Made by a program: the position numbers and the translations under genes. A DNA stretch of 64,000 bases from assembly GCA_965219995.1 (NCBI GenBank), contig CBDCOX010000002.1, positions 3,584,001-3,648,000 on the forward strand. Direction: 5' to 3'. This stretch comes from Candidatus Latescibacterota bacterium (GTDB lineage Bacteria; Latescibacterota; UBA2968; GCA-2709665). Shown here piece after piece: positions 29,423 to 40,000 of this stretch; position 1 is the stretch's first letter; each line of letters starts with the position of its first letter. The notes beneath the pieces were generated by a model. That model ran no database searches, was not told the origin of the DNA, and saw only the letters and a list, made by a program, of their open reading frames with translations.

Positions 29423-29818
29423 ATGTCGCGACATTTTGAAACCGTAAAGGCCTATCTTCAGGACCTCGAACTGGCCATTGAAGAAGAAGATTCGGATGAG
29501 GAACTGGTGGTTGTTTCCGACGAAGACCGCGGGATCCACCAGCTCATCGTCGACTGCGAAGATCCCATCCTCATTCTGGAACAGGCCATCATGCCGATCC
29601 CCAATAACCCCGGCGACCTCTACAGGCGCCTGCTGGAAATTAACCGGACGCTTATCCACGGCGCTTTCGCGCTGGACGAGGAGACCGGAACCATTTTGTT
29701 CCGCGACACCCTTCGCCTGGATACGCTGGACAGGGCGGAAATCGAGGGCGCCGTTAACGCCCTGGGCTTTGCACTGGGCGAAAACGCAGAAGAACTGTTG
29801 AGTTACAGCAGACAATAA
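29423..29818 (+). CDS. YbjN/CesT-like (type III chaperone fold) protein
   Basis: LYRRLLEINRTLIHGAFALD..ILFRDTL; AAGGAG RBS; directly upstream of the PspA homolog. Confidence 0.8.
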   Translation: MSRHFETVKAYLQDLELAIEEEDSDEELVVVSDEDRGIHQLIVDCEDPILILEQAIMPIPNNPGDLYRRLLEINRTLIHGAFALDEETGTILFRDTLRLDTLDRAEIEGAVNALGFALGENAEELLSYSRQ

Positions 29819-29905
29819 TCAAAGCAGGGGTCGGAGCCCCGGAAATCAAGCCGTTGCTTGTCCCGATCTCCGGACATCGAATCCCGCATCAAATAGGAGC
29901 ATGCC

Positions 29906-30607
29906 ATGGGCGTCTTTCAACGAATCTTTCGCGTGGGCCAGGCCGAAGTACACGCAGCCATCGACAAACTCGAAGATCCGATCCGCCTGACGGAACAGGG
30001 AATCCGGGACCTCAAGAAAGATCTGAGCAACGCGATGACCAGCCTCGCCGAGGTCAAGGGGCAGGGCATCCGGCTGCGCAAACAGGCATCCGACAGCAAG
30101 AAGGCGGCGGAGGACTACGAACGCAAAGCCATGGCACTGCTTCAGCGGGCCCAGAAGAACGACATTGACCCCGCTGAGGCAGACCGATTGGCGGGCGAAG
30201 CGCTGGCGCGCAAGGAGGAAAACGTGAGCCGGGCGGCCACCTTGAGCCAGAACGCCCAACAGCAGGAGGAAATGGCCGCGCAGCTGCAGACCCAGGTGGA
30301 CAAACTCAAATCTTCCATTGCCGGTTACGAGAACGACCTGGTAACGCTGCGCGCCCGGGCCCGGACGGCCGCGGCAACGAAGAAGATCAACAAGCAACTC
30401 GCGAAAGTGGACTCTAACGGCACGCTTGCCATGCTCGAACGCATGAAGGAGCGGGTGGAAGAAGACGAGTCCCTGTCGCAGGCCTACGGCGAAGTGGCCG
30501 ACGCGTCCAAGAGCGTGGACGAAGAGATCGACGCCGCGCTCCAGGAAAAGAGCCCTGGCGCGGACAAACTGGCCGAACTCAAGAGCAAGATGGGAATTCA
30601 GGCGTAG
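29906..30607 (+). CDS. pspA: PspA/IM30 family protein
   Basis: MGVFQRIFR..IDKLEDP..EQGIRDL; coiled coil; C-terminal LAELKSKMG. Confidence 0.9.
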   Translation: MGVFQRIFRVGQAEVHAAIDKLEDPIRLTEQGIRDLKKDLSNAMTSLAEVKGQGIRLRKQASDSKKAAEDYERKAMALLQRAQKNDIDPAEADRLAGEALARKEENVSRAATLSQNAQQQEEMAAQLQTQVDKLKSSIAGYENDLVTLRARARTAAATKKINKQLAKVDSNGTLAMLERMKERVEEDESLSQAYGEVADASKSVDEEIDAALQEKSPGADKLAELKSKMGIQA

Positions 30608-30655
30608 GTTCGCAGCTTGGAGCAAGGGTTCCCGGCGGCGGCCGGAGGCGTTTTC

Positions 30656-31189
30656 GTGAACTGGAATCCCTTTAAGAAAAAGAAGGACGATTCCGACCCT
30701 GTGGTCGACTTCACGCTGTCCGACCTCAAGCCGGGTTACGTGGTCGACTACGACCTCAAAACCTGGAAGGTTACGGCGAAGAACCACTACGATTTCGATG
30801 GTGACCGCGTCGATGAATGGGAATTGACATGCGCCGATGACGTCATGTACCTTGAACGTGAGGAGGATGACGGCCTCAGCTGGACCGTTTCACGCAAGAT
30901 CCCGATCTCCAGGGTCGACGGCGACCCGAGGTCCCACGTCGTGGAACACGAAGACCCGCCCGAGGAAGTAACGTGCGACGGGGTCGCCTACTATGCGGAA
31001 TCATCCGATGCGGGTGAATTCTACAAGGACGGCGAAGGAACGCCGCGGGAACTGATTACCTGGGAATACCTGGACGATTCCGAGCGGAAGACGCTGACGA
31101 TCGAACAGTGGGGCGAGGACGACTTCGAAGTCTCGGTCGGCGAAATCGTCGAAGAATACCAGTTCTCGGACATTCTGCCAACCGGGTAG
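30656..31189 (+). CDS. DUF4178-like protein
   Basis: LKPGYVVDYDLKTWKV..EWEL..YLERE..WEY..LTIEQW..G; GGAGG before GTG 30656; typical PspA-operon neighbour. Confidence 0.75.
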   Translation: MNWNPFKKKKDDSDPVVDFTLSDLKPGYVVDYDLKTWKVTAKNHYDFDGDRVDEWELTCADDVMYLEREEDDGLSWTVSRKIPISRVDGDPRSHVVEHEDPPEEVTCDGVAYYAESSDAGEFYKDGEGTPRELITWEYLDDSERKTLTIEQWGEDDFEVSVGEIVEEYQFSDILPTG

Positions 31190-31258
31190 ACGATTGCGGA
31201 ATTGAAAACAGGCGGGACGACAGTTGTCGTCCCGCCTGTTTCATTTCCAATTTTCCGT

Positions 31259-31930
31259 CTACACCAGAAACTGCAATTTACTCTCCTGGCCGGCGCGAAT
31301 TTTCGCGCAGTGATCCTCGAGGTTCAGCATCTCGATGAGACTCACGCCGTTTTTCATTTCAGCAAGCAGCCGCGCCTCCTTCCTCTGCACCTCTTCCGCA
31401 ATCGGAATGACTTCCGCAATCTCTTCCTCAGCAGCGACAATCAACCCGTCGTCGTCTCCGAAGACGATCTCGCCCGGATGAACGCGCACGCCGCCGCACG
31501 TCACGGGAACCTGCGTCTCGAAGAGCCTGTCCGTGGCGCCGGCAACCGGAGTGACCGACCGTGCGAAATAGGGAACGCCCAGCCGGCGGATCGCGGCCGT
31601 GTCCCTGCACGGTCCGTCGTTGACGATCCCGCCCAGCCCTTTTCGCCGCGCCTCGGTCGGAAACAGTTCCCCGGTCAGTGCCTTCCTGCTCCCCTGGGAG
31701 TCGATCACCAGGACTTCCCCCGGCAGCGCATCGTGCAGGGCTACGATGACGGTCAGGAAGTCCTCGTGGCAGGTGACCGTATGCGCGCGTCCGATCAGCC
31801 TGAGGCCGGGCGTGATGGACCGGACAGCGGGATCGATGGCCCTGACCGGCTTGTCGAGCGCTTTATACCCATCGCAGACACACGCCGTGTCCAGCCGGGA
31901 AAGGCGGCGTTTGATCTCGTCGAAATCCAT
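31259..31930 (-). CDS. RraA/HMG aldolase family protein
   Basis: GRAHTV..D..PGEVLVID..ALTGE..GIVNDGPCRD..VHPGEIVFGDDDG. Confidence 0.88.
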   Translation of the reverse strand: MDFDEIKRRLSRLDTACVCDGYKALDKPVRAIDPAVRSITPGLRLIGRAHTVTCHEDFLTVIVALHDALPGEVLVIDSQGSRKALTGELFPTEARRKGLGGIVNDGPCRDTAAIRRLGVPYFARSVTPVAGATDRLFETQVPVTCGGVRVHPGEIVFGDDDGLIVAAEEEIAEVIPIAEEVQRKEARLLAEMKNGVSLIEMLNLEDHCAKIRAGQESKLQFLV

Positions 31931-31942
31931 TGGATGAACCCC

Positions 31943-32850
31943 TAAAGGCGGTGAGACGTGAGAGGGTAGACGGTAGAGGACACCTCCGCGACCCCCGGTT
32001 AGCGGTATGGCCACGCGATATCAATTCGTGGAGTTGCGACCTCACTTAAAGGCGGTGAGACGTGAGAGGGGAGACGTGAGATGACCACCTCGCGATCCCC
32101 GGTCAGCGATATGGACACGCGATATCAAATCGTGGAGTTGCGACCTCACCTGAAGGCCGTGAGAGGGTAGACGGGAGATTCCTCGCTCCGCTCAGAATAA
32201 TGTTGCGATGGCCATAAGCGACATGTTTCGATTATGCCCTCTTCTGACCGTCACGTTAAAGAACCCGTTGTGAGGGTGGGGCAGACATTCCTGTCTGCCG
32301 CATCGATGTCAGGCTGACTGAATGCGGGCATTTCGACAAGCTCAATGACCACACATGGACAAGGATTTTTCAACGTCGCTCAGAATATCAGGCCGGCTGA
32401 TCGCCAAAACTGTCATCCTGAGGAAGCCGCCCTGCCTGCCAGCGGTTCATTGGCAGGCAGGCTGACGAAGGATCTACTGCGGCATCGCATGATACCCGAG
32501 CGCCTTTTGTCATTCGCCGCGACCTGACAGGCGGCACGTATGCGCCCTCACGATCATGCTGAGGCGGCCGCCAGGGAAACCAGACCTCCGCGCATACGGG
32601 TCGGTGAAGTCTTCCGCCGCACGTCAAACCGAGACGTGAGAGATTGTCTGCATTGTGCGGTGTCATTTCTTGCCAGAGGCACAAAGGAAGAACCAATTGG
32701 GCAAGGATGTCATCTACCCTCTTGCGTCTCACGTCTCCCCGGTTTTGTTGCCCTGTGAGGTCTCAATTCCGGCCGGAGGCATTGAGAGAAAGCATATCGG
32801 GCAAGGACATCCTCTCCCGTCTCCCGTCTCACGTCTACCCGTCTTTTGAT
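31943..32850. repeat. Repeat cluster: 104-bp tandem units, REP mosaic and family-A elements
   Basis: TAAAGGCGGTGAGACGTGAGAGGG at 31943 and 32047, degenerate at 32151; GGCAGACATTCCTGTCTGCC at about 32280; TGTCATCCTGAGG..GACGAAGGATCTACTGCGGCAT shared with 1928-2000; two family-A units at 32630-32845. Confidence 0.8.
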
Positions 32851-34455
32851 TTACCATCCCCACTCCCCTTCCCGGTAATAACCATCCACCACCGGCGCCA
32901 GTTCCGTATTCACGGCCACGTCTTCGACGCCATCGAACATTCCCTTCCAGAAGTGCAACATGCCCGTCATCGCCTCGCGGTTCAGGAAGAAGGTCTCGAC
33001 GTCCGAAAAGCGCAACGCCATTGCCCTGCGTTTCAGATCCGCTTCCGATATCACCTCTTCCCTCATGCCCAGTTGCCACCCCCAATCCCCCATAGTCGGA
33101 ATCGCATTGTGGTAGGGCACAACATGGAATCCGGCCGCTTTCATGGTCCGGTACACGCATAGAAACGCCCGTCTGGCGTGGAGCGGGCTGGAACTCTGCG
33201 TCACCAGGACCCCGTGTTGCGACAGATGCCGCCTGCATGCCGTATAGAACTCCTTCGAATACAAGCGAGCGAGGTCCGGCCCCTTGGGGTCCGGCAGATC
33301 GACGAAAATGACGTCATAGATCTTATCGTCGTCCGCCAGAAACCGCCCTGCGTCACGGGTGACCACGTCCACCCTTTCGTCGTCCAGTGCCCCGGCATTG
33401 GCTTCCACAAACACCGGATGGGTCCTGGCCAGCCGGATCATTTCAGGATCCAGGTCCACCAGCGTCACCCGTTTCACGTCGCCGTATTTCAATACTTCCC
33501 GGAGCGCCAGTCCATCCCCCCCGCCGAGAATCAGCACCCGTTCCCTGGATGCCGCCAGTCCCATTGCGGGGTGTACGAGGGGCTCGTGGTACCGTTCCTC
33601 GTCGTACGTGCTGAATTGCATGCCGCCGTTCAGGTACAACCAGTGGTACCCCTTCCACTGCGTCACCACGATCCGCTGGTACGGGGTCTGCGCCTCGTAG
33701 ATCACGCGGTCCCGGTAACGGCTCTGCTCTCCGTATCGAACGATGGGCTTCATGTACACGCCCAGGGCAATCAGTCCGGCTGCGGTGAGCCAGAACGCGG
33801 CAATCAGCGCTTTGCGCCGTACCAGCAGGGCCCGATATTGCCACAACAGCGCGGATGCAACCGCGAAATTGACCGCCCCAAGCGCGATCGGCGTATACGT
33901 CAATCCCAGCTTCGGCAACGCGAAAAACGCAAACAGCAACCCGCCGGCGAGCGCGCCGAAATAGTCCTTCTCCAAAACAGACGCGATATTGGTTCGCAAC
34001 ACCTCGTACGCGTCGTTCATGCGCGTGACAAGAGGAATCTCCAGTCCGATCAGAAGTCCGATCGCTGCCGCATAGGCATAAATAATGGCGCTCGTCCCCT
34101 CGACGAACGCCGTACCCCAATAGGCCGCTGCGGCTGACGTTGCACACAGCGCAGACAGGATAAATTCGACCGCAATAAACCGGTCCAGCAACCGCTCGGT
34201 GAGATATCGGCTCAGCCGGCTTCCGAGCCCCATCGTAAAAAACATCAACGACATCACCAGCGTCCACTGCAATGTCGTGTTTCCAAGCAGATAGCTGGCC
34301 AGCGTCGAGAGCACGAACTCCGCGACGATTCCGGCCAGCCCCGTCGCGAACAGACACGCCTTCAACAGCCGGCCGCTTCCGGTTCCTCCCGGTGTTACGG
34401 TCGGGGAGACTCCTCCGGCATCACGGTCTTCCGGGACGCTGTCTTTTACCGACAT
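32851..34455 (-). CDS. speE: Membrane-bound polyamine aminopropyltransferase (spermidine synthase-like)
   Basis: About seven N-terminal TM helices, then QTPYQ, LYLNG..QFS..DE..YHEPLVH, VLILGGGDG, DLPDP. Confidence 0.9.
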   Translation of the reverse strand: MSVKDSVPEDRDAGGVSPTVTPGGTGSGRLLKACLFATGLAGIVAEFVLSTLASYLLGNTTLQWTLVMSLMFFTMGLGSRLSRYLTERLLDRFIAVEFILSALCATSAAAAYWGTAFVEGTSAIIYAYAAAIGLLIGLEIPLVTRMNDAYEVLRTNIASVLEKDYFGALAGGLLFAFFALPKLGLTYTPIALGAVNFAVASALLWQYRALLVRRKALIAAFWLTAAGLIALGVYMKPIVRYGEQSRYRDRVIYEAQTPYQRIVVTQWKGYHWLYLNGGMQFSTYDEERYHEPLVHPAMGLAASRERVLILGGGDGLALREVLKYGDVKRVTLVDLDPEMIRLARTHPVFVEANAGALDDERVDVVTRDAGRFLADDDKIYDVIFVDLPDPKGPDLARLYSKEFYTACRRHLSQHGVLVTQSSSPLHARRAFLCVYRTMKAAGFHVVPYHNAIPTMGDWGWQLGMREEVISEADLKRRAMALRFSDVETFFLNREAMTGMLHFWKGMFDGVEDVAVNTELAPVVDGYYREGEWGW

Positions 34456-34483
34456 ACCCGTTTCTTCTGTCCGGGACAGAACA

Positions 34484-35284
34484 TCAGACGGCTTTACACG
34501 TCAATCCGCCATCCACGACGAGTTCGGCGCCTGTGACGTATTTCGCCTCGTCCGAAGCCAGATACAAAGCCGCGTAGGCCACGTCCCAGGCATCGCCCAT
34601 CCTGCCCATCGGACACTGGCTGTCGCGAATCTCGATCATCCTCTCGACGTCGCCTTCCGCGTAGAACTCGGCCAGTGATTTCGCCACCATCGGCGTATTC
34701 ATGAAACCCGGCAATATGGCATTGGCGCGAATGTTTTTCTTCGCGTACTGCATGGCGATACTCTGGGTCAGCTGATTCACACCACCCTTGGTCGCGCTGT
34801 AGGAGACATAGGGCACGCCCAGCCAGCGGATGGAGGTGATCGAAGAAATATTCACAATCGCCCCTCCACCCTGGCGTTCCATGTGCGGAAGTACATGTTT
34901 GCATGTCAGGAACATACTCTTGAGATTCACGTCAACCACGCGGTCCCAGGTTTCCTCGCTGAGTTCGGCGCACCCCCCCACCTGGAGAATGCCGACATTA
35001 TTGTGCAGAATATCGATCCGGTCGTACGTGTCAATGCATCCGGCGACCATGGCTTCGACGTCTTCCGACCTCGATACGTCCGCCGTGTGGGCCGTACAGT
35101 CCCCTCCCTCACCCGCGATCATGTCGCGGGTTTCCGCCGCCGCATCCGGATTGATATCCGCGGCGAATACGCGGGCGCCTTCTCGCGCGAAGAGAACGGC
35201 CGCCGCCTTGCCGTTCCCCCATCCTGGACCGACCGAACCGGCCCCCGTCACGATCGCGACCTTATTTTGGAGACGATTTCCCAC
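34484..35284 (-). CDS. SDR family oxidoreductase
   Basis: AIVTGAG..GNG; NNVG; YSATK; YVTGAELVVDGG. Confidence 0.92.
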   Translation of the reverse strand: MGNRLQNKVAIVTGAGSVGPGWGNGKAAAVLFAREGARVFAADINPDAAAETRDMIAGEGGDCTAHTADVSRSEDVEAMVAGCIDTYDRIDILHNNVGILQVGGCAELSEETWDRVVDVNLKSMFLTCKHVLPHMERQGGGAIVNISSITSIRWLGVPYVSYSATKGGVNQLTQSIAMQYAKKNIRANAILPGFMNTPMVAKSLAEFYAEGDVERMIEIRDSQCPMGRMGDAWDVAYAALYLASDEAKYVTGAELVVDGGLTCKAV

Positions 35285-35296
35285 TGTTGCCGTTTC

Positions 35297-36142
35297 TTAA
35301 AGCGCCCACACGATGAGCAGCGACGCGCCCACGTATGAGAATGCTTCGATAAACCCGGCGCCCAGGTGCGGCTTCTCGGGATCTGAAATCTCAGCCGACA
35401 GATTCAGTCCCGGCAACAGGATCTTGTCCGTGGCAACACGCACCAGCAGGAGCAGGACCAGTCCGACGACCACCTCGAGGGCGAAGCCCTGCAGGCTCGT
35501 CGTCCACGAGATAAAGTCTCCCGCAACCGCGTGCCTAACCACAATGCCGATGCCCACCAGCGCGCCCGCGAACGCCACGCCCGCCGCCGCGTTGTCCCGT
35601 TCGATTTCCGTATGCAGATCGTACGGTGTCGCCCAGTTGTAGACGATGCCGGCCAAAACCAGAGCCGCCTGCCCCAGCACCCAGAACGCGAGCGTTGTGC
35701 CCAGACCGCCCAGTTCGCCGGAAACGGCGCCGAAAATCACCAGACCCGTGGCGATGTACGATGCGCAAACCACGGCGCCGGTCCCTGCATTCTGGTCCCT
35801 GATAATTTCATCGCGAATGGAAAACTGGTGCAGGATCAGCCGGTCGTTGATGAGCCGGGACAGGTTCATCAGTACGATCGACAACGGGCCGTAAATGAGT
35901 ACGTCGATCAGGTCGAGCTCAAGTCCATGGGACGGTCCCGAAATCACGCCTCCGATGGCGATCACCAGTCCGAAGAAGTACCCCATGATCGCTACAGAAA
36001 GCGCCGTATTGTCCTTCTCGACAAGCTCCTCTTTCAACCGGTAGCTCGGCGTGGTCCAGTCGTACACCAGCTTTCCGATCCAGAACAGCAGGTAAGCGCA
36101 GACAAGGTAAATCCCCGATTCCATCAAGTTGTCCAACGTCAT
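35297..36142 (-). CDS. DUF350 domain membrane protein (duplicated domain)
   Basis: Repeated E..xxN-x-A-x-G motifs (EELVEKDNTA, DEIIRDQNAG, TEIERDNAAAG) between TM helices. Confidence 0.8.
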   Translation of the reverse strand: MTLDNLMESGIYLVCAYLLFWIGKLVYDWTTPSYRLKEELVEKDNTALSVAIMGYFFGLVIAIGGVISGPSHGLELDLIDVLIYGPLSIVLMNLSRLINDRLILHQFSIRDEIIRDQNAGTGAVVCASYIATGLVIFGAVSGELGGLGTTLAFWVLGQAALVLAGIVYNWATPYDLHTEIERDNAAAGVAFAGALVGIGIVVRHAVAGDFISWTTSLQGFALEVVVGLVLLLLVRVATDKILLPGLNLSAEISDPEKPHLGAGFIEAFSYVGASLLIVWAL

Positions 36143-36825
36143 TTTCCAAACCTCCCTCTGCTGCGGCTGCCAAAGCCCGACCTGTTGCGTCCGGACCGGT
36201 CCCGGACCCTCTGGGAGAAGGACCGCTGCCTGTTTGCCATCGTCTGTTGCCGGCGTTTGTAAAACCCCGGCTTTTGTCTCTTCGTGACCGACCCTTCGGT
36301 ACCGTACTCGCGATTGCGCCCATAGTACGGCCGCCGGCGGTCGCGGCTGTTGCGATAGTCGTCATAGTCGTTCCTGTAAATCTGCCGTCCGTAACCCCCG
36401 CCCATTAAGTCCCGCATCAACGCATATTGACCGTAGAACACCCAGAAACTCCCGCCGCCGCCCCAATGCCCGTAATTCGGGTTCCCGACGTAGTGGTATC
36501 CGGGCGGATGAGGGGTGTCGTTCACGCCCTGGTCCGACTTGGCCACGATGGCCATGCCAAGAAACGGGAGATACTTCCGATAGACCTCGTAGGGCACCTC
36601 GATCCAATCCGTCGTACGCCGTCGCTCCCCCTGAACCACCGTATACTTATGGTAGTAGTCCGTGGAGAAGGTCCCTGCCTCCCTCATGTCTTCCAGGATA
36701 ATCATATACTCCGGGGCGTTTGCCAGGCTCTTCCGCATTTCCTGAACGGGGTCCCGCGCGCTGCACCCGGCAACCCAGAGCGTGACGAATGCAATTACCG
36801 GCCATCGCAACTGTCGCATAAGCAT
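36139..36825 (-). CDS. Lipoprotein with Gly/Arg/Tyr-rich tail
   Basis: Lipobox VAGC; PPGYHYVGNPNYGHW..SFWVFYGQY; tail SRSRGRFGK; overlaps the DUF350 start (ATGA). Confidence 0.75.
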   Translation of the reverse strand: MLMRQLRWPVIAFVTLWVAGCSARDPVQEMRKSLANAPEYMIILEDMREAGTFSTDYYHKYTVVQGERRRTTDWIEVPYEVYRKYLPFLGMAIVAKSDQGVNDTPHPPGYHYVGNPNYGHWGGGGSFWVFYGQYALMRDLMGGGYGRQIYRNDYDDYRNSRDRRRPYYGRNREYGTEGSVTKRQKPGFYKRRQQTMANRQRSFSQRVRDRSGRNRSGFGSRSRGRFGK

Positions 36826-36967
36826 CTCCTTCGGTCAGCAAAGAAGCAGGTCCGGGGAAACCGTCCTTACGCACGGAAGCGGACATGCAGCGATACCAGG
36901 CGTCCCGTCAGGCGGTCGGGATACACCCGGCGTGAGAGGCGCATTTCGCGATTGCGGCTCCGGTACA

Positions 36968-36996
36968 AAGATAGCCCGGCCCGAACGGCATGTCAA
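36968..36996 (-). promoter_or_regulatory. Putative sigma70 promoter of the lipoprotein-DUF350-SDR-speE operon
   Basis: Minus strand TTGACA-17 nt-TATCTT. Confidence 0.6.
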
Positions 36997-37001
36997 GGTG
37001 C

Positions 37002-37031
37002 TTGCCCGTAGACCGGAGGGCTTGGTATATT
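37002..37031 (+). promoter_or_regulatory. Putative divergent sigma70 promoter for the heparinase-like gene
   Basis: TTGCCC-18 nt-TATATT with extended -10 TG. Confidence 0.45.
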
Positions 37032-37072
37032 GTGCTGCGAACATCGTCAATTTACCGGGAAGGACCCCCCGC

Positions 37073-40000
37073 ATGGGTTTTGCAGTCGATACCTCGCCGC
37101 CGCCGGACCGCCACCCTCCGATCACACCGGCCGACGGTTCCGCCGCAATTCAGAATCCCCCGGCCCTGATCTGGCGCGCGGACGACCGGGCCGCCACGTA
37201 CATTGTGGAGATCTGCAGGAATTCCGGCTTCCGGGGTGAGGTCATCCGCAGCGCGGGCATCGACATGCCGTTCCATAACCCGTCAATCGAACTCGACAGC
37301 GGTACATGGTACTGGCGTACCTTCGCGATTACGTCCGGGGGTGAGCAATCCCGACCCGGTCCTGTCCGGAGCTTTCACATCACGTCCGAATCCGTTCCGC
37401 TTCCCGTACCCCCGACGGAGCGCATCCTCGATACGATGCCGGACCACCCACGCATCTTTGTGACCCCGGACACCCTGGAGGAATTCCGCGCACGAAGGCA
37501 TGGACCGGCGCGTGAGGCCTGGCGCCACCTCAAACACCGGGCCGACGCCCTGATTCAGAGCGAACCGCCGCGACTGAACCTGCAGTCCGTGCCGCCGGAC
37601 CTCGGCGAACGTCGCGGACAGGTCTTTCATTTGAAGGACGACCGTGTCACGTTTCCGGCAAACTGCCAGATTGCCGAACTCAAGAGAGGCGCGGATTACG
37701 CCAATGCACTTTCCTTTGCGTACCTGATCTCCGGCGACGAAAAGTACGCCGCGGCAGCGAGACGCTGGATGGCTTTTCTTTCGCATCTCCGCGTTGACAT
37801 CCACCTCCAGGACCGCGGGCAGCACGACACGGTCGTTTACTGCTACGAGTTCGGCCTGAAGGGGACGGCGCTGGCCTACGATCGGCTGTACGCTCTGCTT
37901 GAACCGGAGGAACGCGCACCTGTTCTGGCGCACATCGAGTTCCACTGCGAAGCCGCTTACGCGTGGCTCAGAGACGGGCTTCAGATCCACCTGAATTATC
38001 AGAATTCTCACGGTCAGCAGTGCATGCATGCGCTGCTGCCCACGGTTCTGGCCATTGCGACCGAGTCCGACAGCACCCGGGAATGGGCCGACTATCTCAT
38101 CCGCCAGTACGTCAACCGGATTGCGTGGGGAAGCGTCGACGGCGGGTATACCGAAGGCCAGAAGTACGGCCATAAGATTCAATTCATCCTGGAAGCCCTC
38201 GCCGCTCTCAGGTCCTCAACGGGTCTGGATGTCTTCCGCGAGCCCCGATGGCGGAATTCCGGCGCATTCTGGTTGTACTGCATGTCCCTCAATTACTGGT
38301 GGAACCACTGGGGTGACTGCTATTCCCTGATCGATCCCAATTTCGGCAGCGACGCCGATACGTACGTTTCCGCCTTTCTATCCGCGATGACCGGGGACCC
38401 GGCGGTCAAGTGGTGGAGCGATACCCGGGTCTGCAACCCGGTCCATCTCCCGCTCCAGTATCTCTCCGACAGCGGCGTCCCGTCCCGCCCGCCCGTGGAT
38501 ATCGCGCAAGCCCGCCTGTTTCCCGAAGTCGGCCAACTCGCCGCGTTCGACCGGTTCTACGACCACGGAAGCAGCCGCATCTTCTTCAGAAGCAGCCCGT
38601 GGGGGGACCACAGCCACGCCCACCAGGACCAGAACGGCTTCGTCCTCCACGCCGGGGGCGAGATCCTTGCCTGCGATGCGGGCTATTACACCTATTCCGG
38701 GGATACCTATCATTCGCGGTGGAGCCGGACCACACAGGCGCACAATTCCATCCTCGTCGATGGCGAAAGCCAGCGGCGGGGCATCGCCCACAAAGGAAGA
38801 GTAACGACCTTTATCAATACACCGGATGCCTGCCTCTTCACCGGAGACGCGTCCGGCGCTTACGGGGAACTGCTCGAGCGATTCCACCGCCACGTCCTCT
38901 TCATCCGCCCCGACGTCTTCGTCGTCTGTGACGATCTCGAGGCTTCCGAACCCCGCGAATACGCCTGGACGCTCAACACCTTCGAGCGGGCGGATATCAA
39001 CGAGAGCGGTCAATGCATGACCGTCCGGCAGCGGGACCAACGCCTCCTGGTCCGGCACCTGGCGGGCGCCCCCCTGAAATACACCCAGAACAACGACCGT
39101 CCGTTTCCATTGAAGACGCGTGACTGGTGCCGCTTCACCGAAGCCTTCCCCCAGCAATGGAACATCCGGGTGACCACTGAGAGAAGTAAGACCGCGCGGA
39201 TCATCTCGGTTCTGCATACGTACAAGAAACCGGGAGGACCCGGGCTCGACGACATCCGACGCGTTGAGACAGCCGGCGGAGAAGGCGTCCGTTTTCGTGC
39301 CGGCAGCGCGTCCGAATGCGTCCTGTTCCGATTCGAAAGTTACGGCGCGATCGAAGGCGCGGGTATTCGGTCGGACGCCCGGATCGTCAATGTCCGCCGT
39401 CGCGGGAACCGGATTCAACGATGGCTGCTATATGGCGGAAAGCGGCTCAGCCTGGAAGGCAAAGACCTCCTGTTGGCCGATGCGGCATGCGATGCCGCCG
39501 CGAGTTACAACATCCGAAGCGCGCACGCGCAGATTCATGTTCGGCACCCGGAAGCCGCGCGTCTCGCCATCCGCCTTCCCCACGCGCCGCGCGCCGTGGT
39601 CGCGTCGCCGCCGGACCGGCCCGGAAGCGCGAAACCGATCGATTTCACATGGCGCGAAAGCATGGTCGAAGTCGAACTGGACGACGCGGGTGAATCCGTG
39701 CTGTGGATTGACCCGGTTACGGATCTCGCCGCCCTTCCGCGTCCGCTCCGGATGAAGCTGAACGATGGTGCAGGCGAACACTCGCAGAGTCTGGAGGCCG
39801 CTGTCGCCGACGACGGCGACACCATCGCCTTTGCCGAGATCAGCCCGCGGGAGCCCGGTATCTACGAATTCATCGCGGAAGACGCAGAGTTGCTCGTCCA
39901 GGACCGGTGGGACCCGGACTCGAGCGCGCGAGGGCAGGGCCGTGTCACGGCCTGCCTGAGAGAAGGAACGGAGATATTCGTACGCTACGCGCCCGACCGG

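Noticed and set aside
36826-36967. Riboswitch in the leader of the lipoprotein-DUF350-speE operon
   Set aside because: The leader of about 140 nt is GC-rich but shows no identifiable SAM, c-di-nucleotide or other aptamer consensus.
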